This document shows positions 52,701 through 64,000 of a stretch of DNA of 64,000 nucleotides, in pieces (the first letter of the stretch is position 1; each line of letters starts with the position of its first letter). This stretch comes from Antedon mediterranea (taxonomy: Eukaryota; Animalia; Echinodermata). The notes under the pieces are model-generated. The model was not told where the DNA came from. It was given only the letters and a program-made list of their open reading frames with translations, and did not search any database. A program made the translations under genes and the position numbers. The stretch covers positions 11,966,571 to 12,030,570 of the forward strand of contig NC_092676.1 in the NCBI RefSeq assembly GCF_964355755.1. The letters are read 5' to 3'.

Positions 52701-54180
52701 GTGTGAGGATCTTGAGTTGTTTAGTGGTTCGAAGTAGATTGGTTGTAAGTGCTTTGGTATCTTTAGCGGTGTGCGGTTCATACTGTGCTCCTCTAGCATG
52801 GCCTCCGTTTCCTGAAAACGAGAAAGAGCGTCACATATCCTGTTTTGCTTACCAGGGATGTGCCTGGCTGTAAACTGAATGTTGTTTAGTAGTAACAAAA
52901 GGACGATAGCGCGAACCACTCTCATGACCTTTTCGTTTGATGACGATTTTTTGTTAAGCACATATACATCAGCTAGGTTATCACAGTGGAAAGCTACATG
53001 GGTGGTGGCTAGCTGTTTTGCAAAAATCGAAAGCATGACATAGATGGGGAAAATTTCGAGAACCATGATGTCGAACATTTTCCAAGATTCCGGCCAGCGG
53101 CCTTGAATCCAGAACTTTTGGAAGGTCGCACCAAGTGCGGTTTTTGAGGCATCAGAGGAGAAATGTACACGCTGCGAGTCAAATTTTTGTGGGGGTAAAA
53201 AATGGTAACGCCATTGTGTTTGCTAAAAAAGTCGGCCCAAATTTGGAGATCCTCCTTTGCTGAGTCAGAAAGGTGAGTAGTTGAAAAGAGGTTAGTTAGA
53301 CCGGCCGTTAGGGCATAAAGCCTTCTTAGGAACGCCAGTCCAGAGGGTATAACCCAGGTGGCAAATTGTGGCTTTTCAAAGAGATTGGAGGGCTCTCAAT
53401 GTAGTTGAGTGAAGTTTTGAACTTTAAAGGGAGTAACGTAATTTTATTATCTCAGATGGAAGCCTGTCTTACATTTTCTGTAAATCAAGTTCAGTACCCA
53501 GGAAGGAAATGGTGGTGGTGGGTGAAATTGTTTTGTGCGGTGCTAGAGGTATTCCACCGCGGTCAGCAAGCGCCTTGGATATCTTCAAGGAGTTCGCACA
53601 CAGTTGGTGTGTGTCTTCAATGACGAGGATGTCGTCTAATATTTTCACGTTATTGGGATGTTTTAACTTTTTTATAAGGAAAAATTTCACTCCGTCAGAA
53701 AACTTATTGAATATTTGACACGAAGATCCGCCGCCTTGGGGAAGCGTTTTATCGTAGTAATACTGGCCTAACCACGTGAAACCTGTGAGGTGATATTGAG
53801 TGGGATGTAAATGTATTAGTCTGTATGCGTCACTGGTGTCCTTCTTAGCCATGAATGCCGGGTGATTGTGTATGTCAATTATGTCTATTGCGTTGGCAAT
53901 TGTTTCGTAATGAACTGTTATGCAAAACCCAGGGATGTTGTGATTGACAGCGTTTGAGTCGTAGGGATAGGAGAGGTTGTGGAGGATACGACATTTTTCA
54001 GGTACGGAATTTCCGGAAGGTTGTTGATGATAGGTTGGGAGTTAGTTGCTGTAAAAGCAGCCCCATGTAAGGTAGAAGCCATGAGAGAAACATTGGGTTA
54101 AGTAAGCGTGGTGTTTGTAACCAGATAGGAGTGCGCTTATTCTAGTGGGAATTATTGGGATCCCGAGCACTGAAAAACGA
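52692..54180 (-). pseudogene. pol: Ngaro RT-RNase H remnant
   Basis: RILHNLSYP...AVN...MAKKDTSDAYRLI...YYYDKTLPQG..SSCQIF...ILDD...FLGTELD; RNase H SSDAS...LEIFPI...HCDN...HIPGKQNRICDALSR; frameshifted. Confidence 0.9.
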
Positions 54181-54289
54181 GTGGCGATACTGACAGTTTG
54201 TCTGGACACATCTATTGAGTCTGTTATGGTAGGAGAAGCCGAGTGGACGCTCCACGGTTGGATGTGTTAGAGGTTTATGGTTAGCTCGT

Positions 54290-54885
54290 TGCGTCTAGTT
54301 TATGCAGGAGGTCGGCTCGAACCGATGACCAAGAGCAAAGTGTGTACTCAGTAGCCATTTGAAATTATCAGTCGTAAAAGTACCATTAATTTGGATGACT
54401 GCGCATGAGGTATTTAATATACTTAAAATAATTTAAGATGTCCTGCGTATATTTACTTAAATACAATTGTGGCAAAGTCGTAAAAGGCCTAGTGCCAGTT
54501 GTGTTCGTTTGAGATGCGGCATTTGGGCTTAGGCACAAGTTCAAAGGTACCAGTGAACGTTAGCGTCAAAGCTTCCGCTGCGCTGTTGAAGTCGAGCAGA
54601 TTGTGCAGCTCGATGAATTTGTGGGAGATTATTTTCTCTTTAAGTTTTTGACAAGGTAGGGGGTTTGAGGAAGAGAGCTGCCGGTAGGTTCGGCTTACCG
54701 ACATTAATCTCAACCACAGAAGTTACCAGGGTTTCGACGATATGCCTCATGTCCTTTAATTCTTTATTTATGTCAAATTCAGGTACTGGCACGGTTCTCT
54801 TTTTTTTTTTGGTGCCGTATTTTTTACCTCTTGTTAGTTCTTTTCCGTCCTGACATAGTGTATCTGTAAGAAAATCTTTGTGCAA
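54290..54885 (-). pseudogene. Ngaro gag-like remnant
   Basis: KLKEKIISHKFIELHNLL...KPKCRISNEHNWH*AF resembles Ngaro ORF1 motifs; positioned upstream of RT; disrupted by stops and frameshifts. Confidence 0.65.
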
Positions 54886-54974
54886 TTAAGACGGAAAGAA
54901 AAATGTGTGTGGACAGGGGAAAAGGGCCCTGCAACCATGTTAAAGGAGTGAAAAAAAAGATTGGAGACAAAGTC

Positions 54975-56452
54975 AGCATTGGGGTAGTGAATGGACCAGC
55001 ATGAGTCATTTAAAGAAATGCTGTACTTAGAGGAGGGTGATAAGACACCACCGCCGTATGGGGTGATAGTAGGGGGACCAGCATGAGTCATATAACCAGC
55101 ATGAGTCATATAATGAATGCTGTACTTAAGAGCATGAGTGATAAAACACCGCCGTATGTGGGGGTAGTTAATGAACCAGCATAAGTAATTATGTGGTGGT
55201 AGTAGGGGAACCAGCATGAGTCATATAATGAATGCTGTACTTAAGAGCATGAGTGATAAAACACCGCCGGATGTGGGGGTAGGTAATGCACCAGCATAAG
55301 AAATTATGTGGTGGTAGTAGGGAAACCAGCATGAGTCATAATAATGAATGCTGTACTTAAGAGCATGAGTGATAAAACACCGCCGTATGTGGGGGTATGT
55401 AATGAACCAGCATAAGAAATTATGTGGTGGTAGTAGGGAAACCAGCATGAGTCATATAATGAATGCTGTACTTAAGAGCATGAGTGATAAAACACCGCCG
55501 TATGTGGGGGTATGTAATGAACCAGCATAAGAAATTATGTGGTGGTAGTAGGGAAACCAGCATGAGTCATATAATGAATGCTGTACTTAAGAGCATGAGT
55601 AATATAATGAACCAGCATAAGAAATTATGTGGTGGTAGTAGGGAAACCAGCATGAGTCATATAATGAATGCTGTACTTAAGAGCATGAGTAATATAATGA
55701 TCCAGCATAAGAAATTATGTGGTGGTAGTAGGGAAACCAGCATGAGTCATATAATGAATGCTGTACTTAAGAGCATGAGTAATAAAACACCGCCGTATGT
55801 GTGGGTAGTTTATGAACCAGCATAAGTAATTATGTGGTGGTAGTAGGGGAACCAGCATGAGTCATATAATGAATGCTGTACTTAGGAGCATGAGTGATAA
55901 AACACCGCCGTATGTGGGGGTAGTTAATGAACCAGTATAAGTAATTATGTGGTGGTAGTATGGGAATCAGCATGAGTCATAATGAATGCTGTACGTAAGA
56001 GGATGGGTGATAAAACACCGGCGTATGTCGGCGTATGAACCAGCATAAGTAATTTATGTGGTGGTAGTATAGGAACCAGCATGAGTCATATAATGAATGC
56101 TGTACTTAAGAGGATGAGTGATAGTGATAAAACACCGCCGTATGTGGGGGTAGAATAAACCAGCATAAGTAATTTATGTGGTAGTAGTATGGGAACCAGC
56201 ATGAGTCATATAATGAATGCTGTACTTAAGAGGATGAGTGATAAAACACCGGCGTATGTCGGCGTATGAACCAGCATAAGTCAATTATGTGGTGGTAGTA
56301 TAGGAACCAGCATCATATCGTCATAATGAATGCGGTACTTGGGAAACCAGCATGAGTCTTAATGAATGCTGTACTTTGGAAACCAGCATGAGTCTTAATA
56401 TAATGAATGATGTACTTGGGGAACCAGCATGAGTCATAAGATGAATGCTATA
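54975..56452. repeat. ~115-bp tandem repeat (with 90-bp and shorter variants) in the Ngaro 5' region
   Basis: accagcatgagtcat recurs at 55095, 55210, 55325, 55441, 55556, 55646, 55736, 55851 and onward. Confidence 0.95.
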
Positions 56453-57268
56453 CTAACTATAAACCATTCAGATTTGTGCAAAATATTTGCCAGTTTAGCG
56501 CAGCATCAAGAAAGAAAAACAACAAGTTATTATTTATTTCTTTTGGATGTAAAACAATGGGAAAATAATAAATGGTGTCAACAGTGTATTGCCTGGCATT
56601 TTGTTTTATTCTGTTTAATTATGTATTTATTTTCCTCTAAAATCCGGATCCGGATTGTCCACAGTGACTGCAGTTGTAGTAACAGATAATAAGATTGTTG
56701 TTATTTAATGGCATAAGTTAGCATAAGAGGCTCCGTGCATGAAAGCAGACCTTACTTTTTAACTAGGTCAGTCGATCCGAGGTCTGGCTTGAATGTTGCC
56801 ACTTGATTTACAAAATTAGTTAGGTCGTTTATCTTTAGGCCGGGCACCCCCAAAGAACAGTATTATCATAGTGATGACTGATTCGGTAGTAAGGCAAAGG
56901 TCGATGTGAACCAAATATGGAGTCGGACGAATTACCCAAGCCGTGATGGAAAGCGAGGCTTTCGCTCAAACCGGAAACGAATGAGTTGAGCCTAGGACAC
57001 AACCAGACAACATAATTACAGTAAAGTACGAAAAATCGAACAGAATGGGGGTAAAATAAGGTGCTAGATAAATTCCAGTCAAAGTATATTGTGTGAGTTC
57101 ACACAGCCTATAAGTGTATTAGGATAAAATGAACTGGTAAATGTAAAAGTGAAAATTATTTTACTTAGCCAAAAACTGGCGTGGTAATCTGTTGACAGCG
57201 TGAGGTGAAGAGGATGAGATGCTCACGCTGTCAAAAGATGATTGCGAGGGCGCCCCGCAATCACGTGA

Positions 57269-60200
57269 TATTATCATATTGTTTTTGAAAGTGAGATATT
57301 GTTATAGTAGTAAATGTCAGGCCTAAACAAGTGGACCTTTTAAAAATCAGAAACAAATTTGCATGGCATTATTTTTCATTGATTGATCATTAATTTCATA
57401 TTATCAGCTCTTCAGTCATCTACTGGTTTGTGGCGTAACGGGTAATACCCAGGTTTGAGTGCTCTCAGTAGCGGGTTCCAACTTCTAGGGATATTGCTTT
57501 TTTTTTTTTTTTTTTTAAATAAATATTGTTTTTGAAAGTGAGATATTGTTATAGTTGTAAATATCAGGCCTAAACAAACGGATCTTTTTTTCAATCACAA
57601 ACAAAGTTGCATGGCATTATTTTTCATTGATTGATCATTCATTTCATATAAATAGACTATTATCAGCTCTTCAGTCATCTACTGGTTTGTGGCATAACGG
57701 GTAATGCTCACGTTTGAGTTCTCTCAGCAGTGGGTTCGATCCTATACGGGTATTTTTTTTCTTTTTTTTTTAATTGAAAATAAATATTGTTTTTGAAAGT
57801 GAGATATTGTTATAGTAGTAAATGTCAGGCCTAAACAAGTGGACCTTTTTAAAAATCAGAAACAAAGTTGCATAACATTATTTTTCATTGATTGATCATT
57901 CATTTCATATTATCAGCTCTTCAGTCACCTACTTGTTTGTGGCGTAACGTGTAATACCCAGGTTTGAGAGCTCTCAGTAGCGGGTTCCAACCTCTAGGGA
58001 TATTTCTTTTTTCTTTTTTTTTAATTGAAAATAAATATTTTGTTTGAAAATGAGATATTTTGAGGGTTGTAAATGTCAGGCCTAAAGAAGTGGACCTTTT
58101 TTTAAATCAGAAACAAAAGTTGCATAACATTATTTTTCATTGATTGATCATTCATTTCATATTATCAGCTCTTCAGTCATCTACTGGTTTGTGGCGTAAC
58201 GGGTAATACCCAGGTTTGAGTGCTCTCAGTAGCGGCTTCCAACCTCTAGGGATATTGCCTTTTTTTTTCTTATTGAAAACAAAAATTATTTTTGAAAATG
58301 AGATATTTTGAGGGTTGTAAATGTCAGGCCTAAACAAACGGATCTTTTTTTCAATCAGAAACAAAGTTGCATGGCATTATGTTTCATTGATTGATCATTC
58401 ATTTCATGTAAATAGACTATTATCAGCTCTTCAGTAATCTACTGGTTTGTAGCGTAACGGGTAATGCTCAGGTTTGAGTGCTTTCAGCAGTGGGTTCGAA
58501 CCTCTAGGGATATTTCTTTTTTCTTTTTTTTTTTTATTGAAAATAAATATTTTTTTAAAAAATGAGATATTTTGAGGGTTGTAAATGTCAGGCCTAAAGA
58601 AGTGGACCTTTTTTAAAATCAGAAACAAAGTTGCATGGCATTATTTTTCATTGAGTGATCATTAATTTCAAATTATCAGCTCTTCAGTCATCTACTGGTT
58701 TGTGGCGTAACGGGTAATGCTCAGGCTTGAGTGATTTCAATAGTGGGTTCGAACTTCTAGGGATATTTTTTTCTTTTTTTTTAAAATTCAAAATAAATAT
58801 TGTTTTTGCAAGTGAGATATTTTGAGGGTTATAAATGTCAGGCCTAAACAAGTGGACCTTTTTTAAAATCAGAAACAAAGTTGCATGGCATTATTTTTCA
58901 TTGATTGATCATTAATTTCATATTATCAGCTCTTCAGTCATCTACTGGTTTGTGGCGTAATGGGTAATGCTCAGGTTTGAGTGCTCTCAGCAGTGGGTTC
59001 GAACCTATACGGGTATTTTATTTCTTCTTTTTTTTTTTTTTGAAAATAAATATTGTTTTTGAAAATGAGATATCTTGAGGGTTGTAAATGTCCGGCCTAA
59101 ACAAACGGATCTTTTTTTCAATCAGAAACAAAGTTGCATGGCATTATTTTTCATTGATTGATCATTTATTTCATATAAATAGACTATTATCAGCTCCTCA
59201 ATTATCTACTGGTTTGTGGCGTAACGGGTAATACTCAGGTCTGAGTGCTCTCAGTAGTGGGTTCGAACCTCTAGGGATATTTTTTTTTTCTTTTTTTTTT
59301 TATTGAAAATAAATATTTTTTTTAAAAAATGAGATATTTTGAGGGTTGTAAATGTTAGGCCTAAAGAAGTGGACCTTTTTTAAAATCAGAAACAAAGTTG
59401 TATGGCTTTATTTTTCATTGAGTGATCATTAATTTCATATTATCAGCTCTTCAGTCATCTACTGGTTTGTGGCGTAACGGGTAATGCTCAGGCTTGAGTG
59501 ATTTCAATAGTGGGTTCGAACTTCTAGGGATATTTTTTTCTTTTTTTTTTAAATTGAAAATAAATATTGTTTTTGAAAGTGAGAGATTTTGAGGGTTGTA
59601 AATGTCAGGCTTAAACAAGTGGACCTTTTTTAAAATCAGAAACAAAGTTGCATGGCATTATTTTTCATTGATTGATCATTAATTTCATATTATCAGCTCT
59701 TCAGTCATCTACTGCTGGTTTATGGCGTAACGGGTAATAACCAGGTTTGAGTGCTCTCAGTAGCGTGTTCCAACCTCTAGGGATATTGCTTTTTTTTCAT
59801 ATTGAAAATAAATATTTTTTTTGAAAATGAGATATTTTGAGGGTTGTAAATCTCAGGCCTAAACAATGGATATTGTTTTTCTTTTTTTTTTTAAATTGAA
59901 AATAAACATGGTTTTTGAAAGTGAGATATTTTGAGGGTTGTAAATGTCAGGCCTAAACAAGTGGACCTTTTTTAAAATCAGAAACAAAGTTTCATGGCAT
60001 TATTTTTCATTGATTGATCATTAATGTCATATAAATAGACTATTATTAGCTCCTCAGACATCTACTGGTTTATGTCGTAACGGGTAATACTCAGGTTTGA
60101 GTGCTCTCAGTAGTGGGTTCGAACCTCCAGGGTTTTTTTTTTTTTTTATTGAAAATAAATATTGTTTTTGAAAGTGAGATATTTTGAGGGTTGTAAATAT

Positions 60201-63071
60201 CAGGCCTAAACAAGTGGACCTTTTTTAAATCAGAAACAAAGTTGCATGGCATTATTTTTCATTGATTTATTATTTATTTCATATAAATAGAGTATTATCA
60301 GATCTTCAGTCATCTACTGGTTTGTGGCGTAACGGGTAATGCTCAGGTTTGAGTGCTCTCAGCAGTGGGTTCGAACCTATACGGGTATTTTATTTCTTCT
60401 TCTTTTTTTTTGTTGAAAATAAATATTGTTTTTGAAAATGAGATATATTGAGGGTTGTAAATGTCAGGCCTAAACAAACGGATCTTTTTTTCAATCAGAA
60501 ACAAAGTTGCATGGCATTATTTTTCATTGATTGACCATTCATTTCATATAAATAGACTATTATCAGCTCCTCAATTATCTACTGGTTTGTGGCGTAACGG
60601 GTAATACTCAGGTCTGAGTGCTCTCAGTAGTGGGTTCCAACCTCTAGGGATATTTCTTTTTTCTTTTTTTTTTTATTGAAAATAAATATTTTTGTTGAAA
60701 ATGAGATATTTTCAGGGTTGTAAATGTTAGGCCTAAAGAAGTGGACCTTTTTTAAAATCAGAAACAAAGTTGTATGGCATTATTTTTCATTGAGTGATCA
60801 TTAATTTCATATTATCAGCTCTTCAGTCATCTACTGGTTTGTGGCGTAACGGGTAATGCTCAAGTTTGAGTGATTTCAATAGTGGGTTCGAACTTCTAGG
60901 GATATTTTTTTTTATTTTTTTTTTAAATTGAAAATAAATATTGTTTTTGAAAGTGAGATATTTTGAGGGTTGTAAATGTCAGGCCTAAACAAGTGGGCTT
61001 TTTTAAAAATCAGAAACAAAGTTGCATGGTATTATTTTTCATTGATTGATCATTAATTTCATATAAATAGACTATTATCAGCTCGTCAGTCATCTACTGG
61101 TTTGTGGCGTAACGGGTAATGCTCAGGTTTGAGTGCTCTGAGTAGTGGGACGAACCTCTAGGGATATTTTTTTTCTTTTTTTTTTAAATAAATATTTTTT
61201 TTTGAAAATGAGATATTTTGAGGGTTGTAAATGTCAGGCCTAAAGAATTGGACCTTTTTTAAAATCAGAAAAAAAGTTGCATGGCATTATTTTTCATTGA
61301 GTGATCATAAATTTCATATTATCAGCTCTTCAGTCATCTACTGGTTTTGTGGCGTAACGGGTAATACTCAGGTTTGAGTGCTCTAAGCAGTGGGTTCGAA
61401 CCTATACGGGTATTTTTGTTCCCTTTTTTTTTAATTGAAAATAAATATTGTTTTTGAAAGTGAGAGATTTTGAGGGTTGTAAATGTCAGGCCTAAACAAG
61501 TGGACCTTTTTTAAAATCAGAAACAAAGTTGCATGGCATTATTTTTCATTGATTGATCATTCATTTCATATAAATAGACTATTATCAGCTCTTCAGTCAT
61601 CTACTGGTTTGTGCCGTAACGGGTAATGCTCAGGTTTGAGTGCTCTTAGCAGTGGGTTCGATCCTATACGGGTATTTTTTTTCTTTTTTTTTTAATTGAA
61701 AATAAATATTGTTTTTGAAAGTGAGATATTTTGAGGGTTGTAAATATCAGGCCTAAACAAGTGGACCTTTTTTTAAATCAGAAACAAAGTTGCATGGCAT
61801 TATTTTTCATTGATTTATTATTTATTTCATATAAATAGAGTATTATCAGATCTTCAGTCATCTACTGGTTTGTGGCGTAACGGGTAATGCTCAGGTTTGA
61901 GTGCTCTCAGCAGTGGGTTCGAACCTATACGGGTATTTTATTTCTTCTTCTTTTTTTTTGTTGAAAATAAATATTGTTTTTGAAAATGAGATATATTGAG
62001 GGTTGTAAATGTCAGGCCTAAACAAACGGATCTTTTTTTCAATCAGAAACAAAGTTGCATGGCATTATTTTTCATTGATTGACCATTCATTTCATATAAA
62101 TAGACTATTATCAGCTCCTCAATTATCTACTGGTTTGTGGCGTAACGGGTAATACTCAGGTCTGAGTGCTCTCAGTAGTGGGTTCAAACCTCTAGGGATA
62201 TTTCTTTTTTCTTTTTTTTTTTATTGAAAATAAATATTTTTGTTGAAAATGAGATATTTTCAGGGTTGTAAATGTTAGGCCTAAAGAAGTGGACCTTTTT
62301 TAAAATCAGAAACAAAGTTGTATGGCATTATTTTTCATTGAGTGATCATTAATTTCATATTATCAGCTCTTCAGTCATCTACTGGTTTGTGGCGTAACGG
62401 GTAATGCTCAAGTTTGAGTGATTTCAATAGTGGGTTCGAACTTCTAGGGATATTTTTTTTTATTTTTTTTTAAATTGAAAATAAATATTGTTTTTGAAAG
62501 TGAGATATTTTGAGGGTTGTAAATGTCAGGCCTAAACAAGTGGGCTTTTTTAAAAATCAGAAACAAAGTTGCATGGTATTATTTTTCATTGATTGATCAT
62601 TAATTTCATATAAATAGACTATTATCAGCTCGTCAGTCATCTACTGGTTTGTGGCGTAACGGGTAATGCTCAGGTTTGAGTGCTCTGAGTAGTGGGACGA
62701 ACCTCTAGGGATATTTTTTTTCTTTTTTTTTAAATAAATATTTTTTTTTGAAAATGAGATATTTTGAGGGTTGTAAATGTCAGGCCTAAAGAATTGGACC
62801 TTTTTTAAAATCAGAAAAAAAGTTGCATGGCATTATTTTTCATTGAGTGATCATAAATTTCATATTATCAGCTCTTCAGTCATCTACTGGTTTTGTGGCG
62901 TAACGGGTAATACTCAGGTTTGAGTGCTCTAAGCAGTGGGTTCGAACCTATACGGGTATTTTTGTTCCCTTTTTTTTTAATTGAAAATAAATATTGTTTT
63001 TGAAAGTGAGAGATTTTCAGGGTTGTAAATGTCAGGCCTAAACAAGTGGACCTTTTTTAAAATCAGAAACT
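57269..63071 (+). repeat. ~255-bp tRNA-derived satellite, block 3 (~23 units) with a ~1.55 kb six-unit duplication
   Basis: Monomer spacing is 250-260 bp; diagnostic variants repeat at a 1547-1548 bp offset. Confidence 0.98.
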
Positions 63072-63073
63072 AA

Positions 63074-63784
63074 TATAATAGTCTATTTATAAGTGTATTA
63101 CGTAATTCATCATTACGTCATAAATATCATATTAACCTTGTTAAAACGAAAATGGCGAGTTAGCTCAGACGACTGAGCGTCGTGTTGACAACACGTATGT
63201 CGTGGGTTCGATTCCCACGCTGGTCGGTGGAATAGAGTTAAAGGTATGCGACCAACTGTGTTTGGGGTTCACAGAATTTACGTCCCCCTTTCCACCACAC
63301 ATCTTGAGAAGGCACTAGCAATGCATGTGGTGGAAATGACCCCAAGGCTGTGGCAGGGCCTTAGTGCTGAGGCAAGGCGAGCACATTTTAAATTTTTTTT
63401 TTTTTGCTTTCGCTACATGTATTTGATCTCGTAAATTTTATGTTTAGCACCCTCAATTTAATGTAAAAAGAAATTAATTTATCTTCGTTACGTGTATTGA
63501 AGAGAATGTATGTCTCACCGTAGTTTGGTATGCCGTTTGTTATTATGCAAATGAGTTTTTGCAGGTGTAGTGGGAAAGATGGTATTGTTAGTAATTCGCG
63601 GTCAACACGCCACACTGTTGAATTTTGATTTTGTAATGAATGTTGCTACATTGGTAGCGAAATGTCCGATTCATGCAAGATATTGTATTGTAATATGTTA
63701 TCAATAAACATTTATGGATGGTAGTTGGTGTGTATGGCCGCACCGTCCCAGAATAAACATGTTTTAAACAGATAGTTTGTCTCC
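63074..63784 (+). repeat. ~710-bp repeat with a tRNA-derived head; right arm of the inverted pair
   Basis: Reverse complement of 41779-42490, ending at tttgtctcc. Confidence 0.93.
63154..63226 (+). pseudogene. tRNA-Ile-like pseudogene / SINE head (anticodon position GAC)
   Basis: GGCGAGTTAGCTCAGACGACTGAGCGTCGTGTTGACAACACGTATGTCGTGGGTTCGATTCCCACGCTGGTCG; cloverleaf-like, D-loop GG absent. Confidence 0.75.
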
Positions 63785-64000
63785 TACTACTGCCAAGCCT
63801 AGACTGTACTAAGCATACAGCGAATAGCCGTCTCTACTCCGGCGGGCGGGCTACCGTATACTATAGGGCCTAGGCTAGGCTAGCTAGCTAGGCTTCTTAG
63901 ACGGTGACCAGGCACAATCTAAAACTAACTGTAAACATCGAAGTTGCATCTGGATATTCAAAATTGTTAACATAATTACATTAACGGTAGGTGATTCATA

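Larger units (their letters stand above)
43753..57268 (-). mobile_element. Ngaro/PAT-type tyrosine recombinase retrotransposon with split direct repeats; degenerate, interrupted by a BEL element
   Basis: A1 57147-57268; B1 44051-44197; A2 43956-44050; B2 43753-43899. gag, RT, RNase H and YR remnants lie on the minus strand. No TSD. Confidence 0.92.

Noticed and set aside
39818-63071. Functional tRNA gene cluster, or hammerhead ribozyme satellite (minus-strand CTGAAGA...GAAA)
   Set aside because: The monomers lack pairing acceptor and anticodon stems. No convincing stem II closes directly onto GAAA, and no stems I/III were found by eye.
63154-63226. Functional tRNA-Val(GAC)
   Set aside because: The body is Ile-like, the D-loop GG is missing, the acceptor stem has a mismatch, and the paralog has a different anticodon (GAG).

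Overview
Repeat-dense, heterochromatin-like eukaryotic (metazoan; probably marine invertebrate, by inference) window with no recognisable host gene. From left to right it contains: a Helitron-like 5' end and a nested palindrome cassette (1-1641); an ~18.4 kb 25-bp minisatellite with higher-order repeats (1642-20025); short LINE and hAT transposase relics plus an inverted 24/25-bp satellite stub; a ~187-bp satellite carrying a small Helentron-type (HINE) insertion; a ~12.5 kb 87/77-bp satellite that flips orientation at an 11-bp microhomology; an internally deleted DIRS1-type tyrosine-recombinase retrotransposon with intact ICR/right ITR; a 1.4 kb HINE; and a ~255-bp satellite whose units carry tRNA-type Pol III A and B boxes followed by a T-tract. 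A degenerate Ngaro-type YR retrotransposon (A1...B1-A2-B2 split repeats, 43753-57268, minus strand) sits inside that satellite. It carries internal tandem arrays and is itself interrupted by a young, near-intact BEL/Pao LTR retrotransposon (44779-51979; 689-bp LTRs, CACTT TSD, one in-frame stop). The block 41779-63784 is bracketed by ~710-bp inverted repeats, each holding a tRNA-Ile-like head. Nearly all short ORFs in the track are satellite artefacts. All calls are by eye; no database searches were run.
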